A DNA stretch of 64,000 nt from Selaginella moellendorffii (lineage: Eukaryota > Plantae > Lycopodiophyta), in NCBI RefSeq assembly GCF_000143415.4, contig NW_003314373.1:124001-188000 (forward strand). The letters are read 5' to 3'. Both the position numbers and the translations under genes were made by a program. Shown in pieces: positions 60,766-64,000 of the stretch (its first letter is position 1; every line of letters starts with the position of its first letter). The notes under the pieces were generated by a model, which was not told the origin of the DNA, searched no databases, and saw only the letters and a list, made by a program, of their open reading frames with translations.

Positions 60766-63700
60766 GATGAGCTCTTGCTGCAAACAAATACCACTGGATC
60801 AGATAAACGAGCACAGTGGAGAGAAAGAACAAAAACAAAAACGAGTTTTACCTGTCAAGGGAGCGATGACGACGAACTTGTTTGTTAAGCTTGTCATCAA
60901 CTCGGTGGACGGGGCGAACGGATGAACAGCAAGTCAGCTCCATGGTGCGTAGTGTACAAAATTATTCCTTGCACAGCCGGCTGCTGGCTTTTTGCCAGAG
61001 TTTTCTTCGGTGGGTTGAGCTGGTCCGGTCTCGGGTCCAAGTTCTCTTTTTGGTTTTTCTTTTCGTAGTGTAGCACGATTCTTTTGAGGGAATTTTAGTC
61101 GGTCGATCCGGCTGGCTGTTGGGCACGACCTGGTTGAAACATATCTCGTTTGAACAAGCTCTGGTCGACGTAATAACAGTAGCCAGAAGTTGAATAGAAG
61201 AGCTGGTCTGTCGTGCCGGAAAGTCTTTGTTTATCCTCTCCCTCTTTCGACGCCTTCAAATGGCTGACCATGAGCATGTGAGGCGCCATAAGTTTGCGAA
61301 AAGGATGATCATCAGACCTTAGATCAGGCGGCATAAACTCCTCGCTGCCTGATTTGTTTCGTCTGGTGGTTTTATGGTGATGTATTGATGATGGATGAAT
61401 GACAGGTGTGCTCCAATCGATCGCTATCATCCTCGAGCATTGCCACGACAATGCATTCACGTTGCATGACTGATATATAACTTAACCTTCTCTTACACTG
61501 ATCATCTTCTGTCTGTGCAGCCTCTGCACAAAAAGCGAGCTCTGGATGAGTCGAGATGTCACGGGAATATAAAAAACAAAGAAAAGCGAAATGGTCGTAC
61601 CAGCATCACAGATTGTGCACGGGTTGTGTGATTTGCTCTCTCGAAAATGATTCCACTTGTCATGCAGCAACAAAATGATTTTCCTTTTACTTTAGTGTTG
61701 AGACACAGATACAAATCAGTCAATCAATCGAAATCACGCTAGTGTGCTGTTACAATCTATAGCCGAACGCTCGGATGGAGAAATTTGCGAGCGAGCGAAG
61801 CGAGAGAATGTCAATTGCGTGAGCTCAGTTGTCAGACAGAAGCATATAGTGGGACTAGGTGGGCCGAGAAAGCAAAGAGCGAGGGAGGCATACAACTCTC
61901 TGAAAACTTTACCAAAATGCATAGACAGTCAACCAGCCTACACTCAAGCCCGCAACCACCACTAGATCTAAAGCTTAAGAAATTCTAGATTTCACCATCC
62001 ACAAATGGTAGTTTATGTGTCGTGGTGGTCCAGAACTTCCTGTAGCTCTTTCCGCCAGTGGACTAATCCGAAGTTTAGGAAGAAAAACAATACCTGAGTT
62101 AAGGCAGTAGCTTCCATTTTCCCAGATGTGTCCAAGAACCAGCCAGACGCAAACAGCTTGCCAACCAGCCTGTGCAACAAACACCCTTATTAAAATCGCA
62201 AAGAAAGAGTGAAGACACCAGGATAAAAAAGAAAGACGAAGCTTTACCAAGTTGCGCTTTGTTTTGTGATCTGCCAGCGGGATTAGTGCGGCAGTGCTGC
62301 ATTGAAAAAAGGAGTCCTAACCAAAACGCTTTGAACTGTTCAAAAACTTCAAAGCTTACCAAACGAATCTGTCCAGCTTTTGTAGTATGTAGTGCTCACC
62401 ACTGCACGATCGATCGTCGTTGATGGGAGCCATGCTTCCTCGGATTCGCTTTGGATCACTGTTTTGATTCTAAACAAAGACGTGTGCGTAACAAGCGAGG
62501 AGGGACCCCCCCTCCCGAAAAGAAAACAGCAACACCCTGGAAAGCACCGCATGCTTCCTATGACAAAAATCTCGCTTCTCCCTCAGCGAAGAAAAGAAGA
62601 AAAACTCGTGAAAGTTTCTCGCTTTCCTACCATCCACCAACAAAAGAAAAAAAACGTATATGAGAAGTCGGATCGAGAAGAACTAGTTAGCGTAGACAAA
62701 TGGTGTGCTTACCGCGACAAGAGTGGAAGTTAAGACGTAGCTCCAGCTGTGGGCCTCCTCTCCTTGATCACCAGGAATCGTGGCAACAATGCTAAGTGTA
62801 GTGAGCTCGAAGCAGCTCGAAAGAAATGGCCTACCTCCTCGTCTCGCGTCCTCCATAAAGGAAGAGGACAACGCAAAACTCGAGCTCTTTGACATCTCAC
62901 CAGCAAGAGCAGCACCAGCACTACCTTCGAATTTAAGTCCTTGCTCTCGCAGTCACAGTCTGGTAGCTAGCGCGTACATTTTCAGATACTTTTCCATCGC
63001 ATCATCATGCCTGGAAGAAAACACCACAACAAAAAACAATCGCATAAGCTCAGAGAGCTTTGCAGAGCGTTAGAACCGCGTTAGTCGAGGAGAGTAAAAG
63101 CAAATCCAGAGAGAGCAACTAAAACGCAATGAGATTATTCACAAACCAGTGGCCACTGAGAGAGATAGTTTTTTTTCTCCAAGAAATGGGGAGTAGCAAG
63201 CAACGCTCTCTCCTCTTGGCAAACTTTTTACAACTTGAGCCTCGAAAAAATACAGGATACCGAGAGCAGGAATCCAGTCTTATTTTGTGGCATACCCCCA
63301 GCGTTTCTCCTGTCTATCCATGAAGATAGATAGCATTTTCTACACACGCGTCCTGCTGCTGCTGCTTGAGTTCCTGAGAATGCTACCAAAGGAACTCTTC
63401 CGCTTATGCCAGAGTGATGTCTGTCCACTGTCCATCCTTTTTTTTTTTTCTTTTTTCTTTCCCAGAGTGCCGATCCACCATCTTTCCCTGCTTCTTTTTA
63501 TGTTTTCCTGGTTCTTTTTCTTCTTCTCCTGCTGCAAATCCCGGGGAAGAATCGCTGAGGAGTAACTCCAGCCTGCTCTTCTACAGCCCTCTAAAAAAAT
63601 ATGAAGCGGCCTAGCGCTTGTGCACCTGTAATTACATTTGCGATGAACCATCACTTGAGTAGTGAGAAGAGGAGCCTGCGAACTTCAAAGGAGTGATCAC

Positions 63701-64000
63701 CACCATCTGTGTCTTCGCAGCGTCGGTCGATCGGAAGAATTGCAAGATCATTGTAAACTGCAACTGCAACCTTGAGAAGAGAAAAATCCAACCCCGGTTC
63801 CAACTCTGCTGGACGAGCTCGAGAACTTTAAATTCCAAAACGAAGTGACCTTGATGATGTTGCTCACTCCCCCGCTCAAGGATGACACGTACTACCAACC
63901 AATGCATTTAATTGGAGATTCTCCACTAAAATTTGCGGACCAGTTGCTGTTGTGTCCTGCAAAGAAGCCCAGCGAAGTGATTAAAGTTGAGATGCTGCAT

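Overview
Eukaryotic plant nuclear DNA with very compact genes and mostly 50-150 nt GT-AG introns. The style suggests a non-seed plant such as the lycophyte Selaginella (inference). 1-~9.5 kb is a decayed, unusual DNA-transposon-like element with two divergent genes. One is an intron-containing ParB/Srx-like gene that runs off the left edge. The other is a large DDE transposase-like gene (DxMD...DN..ENKN...GHTHED type) with En/Spm TNP1-like N-terminal domains. About 22 copies of a 22-bp palindrome (ATGGCRTG-WGGCCW-CAYGCCAT) are scattered through this element, and I found none elsewhere in the window; this is the best candidate for a novel system. 10.3-18.0 kb is a degenerate Ty3/gypsy chromovirus carrying nested insertions: a mini LTR element, a 5S-rRNA-containing Cassandra-like LTR, and a solo LTR of its own family. 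Next come an unknown gene and a frameshifted TPR-SET pseudogene. A dense host-gene block follows: proline dehydrogenase, CWC25, tRNA-Val(AAC), DUF569, VIN3-like, PILS-like transporter, intronless HSPA12-like, REC/TSS (CLU family), TRF-like telomere-binding protein, scrambled Copia remnants and phytolongin. All calls were made by eye with no database searches; boundaries described as approximate are estimates.
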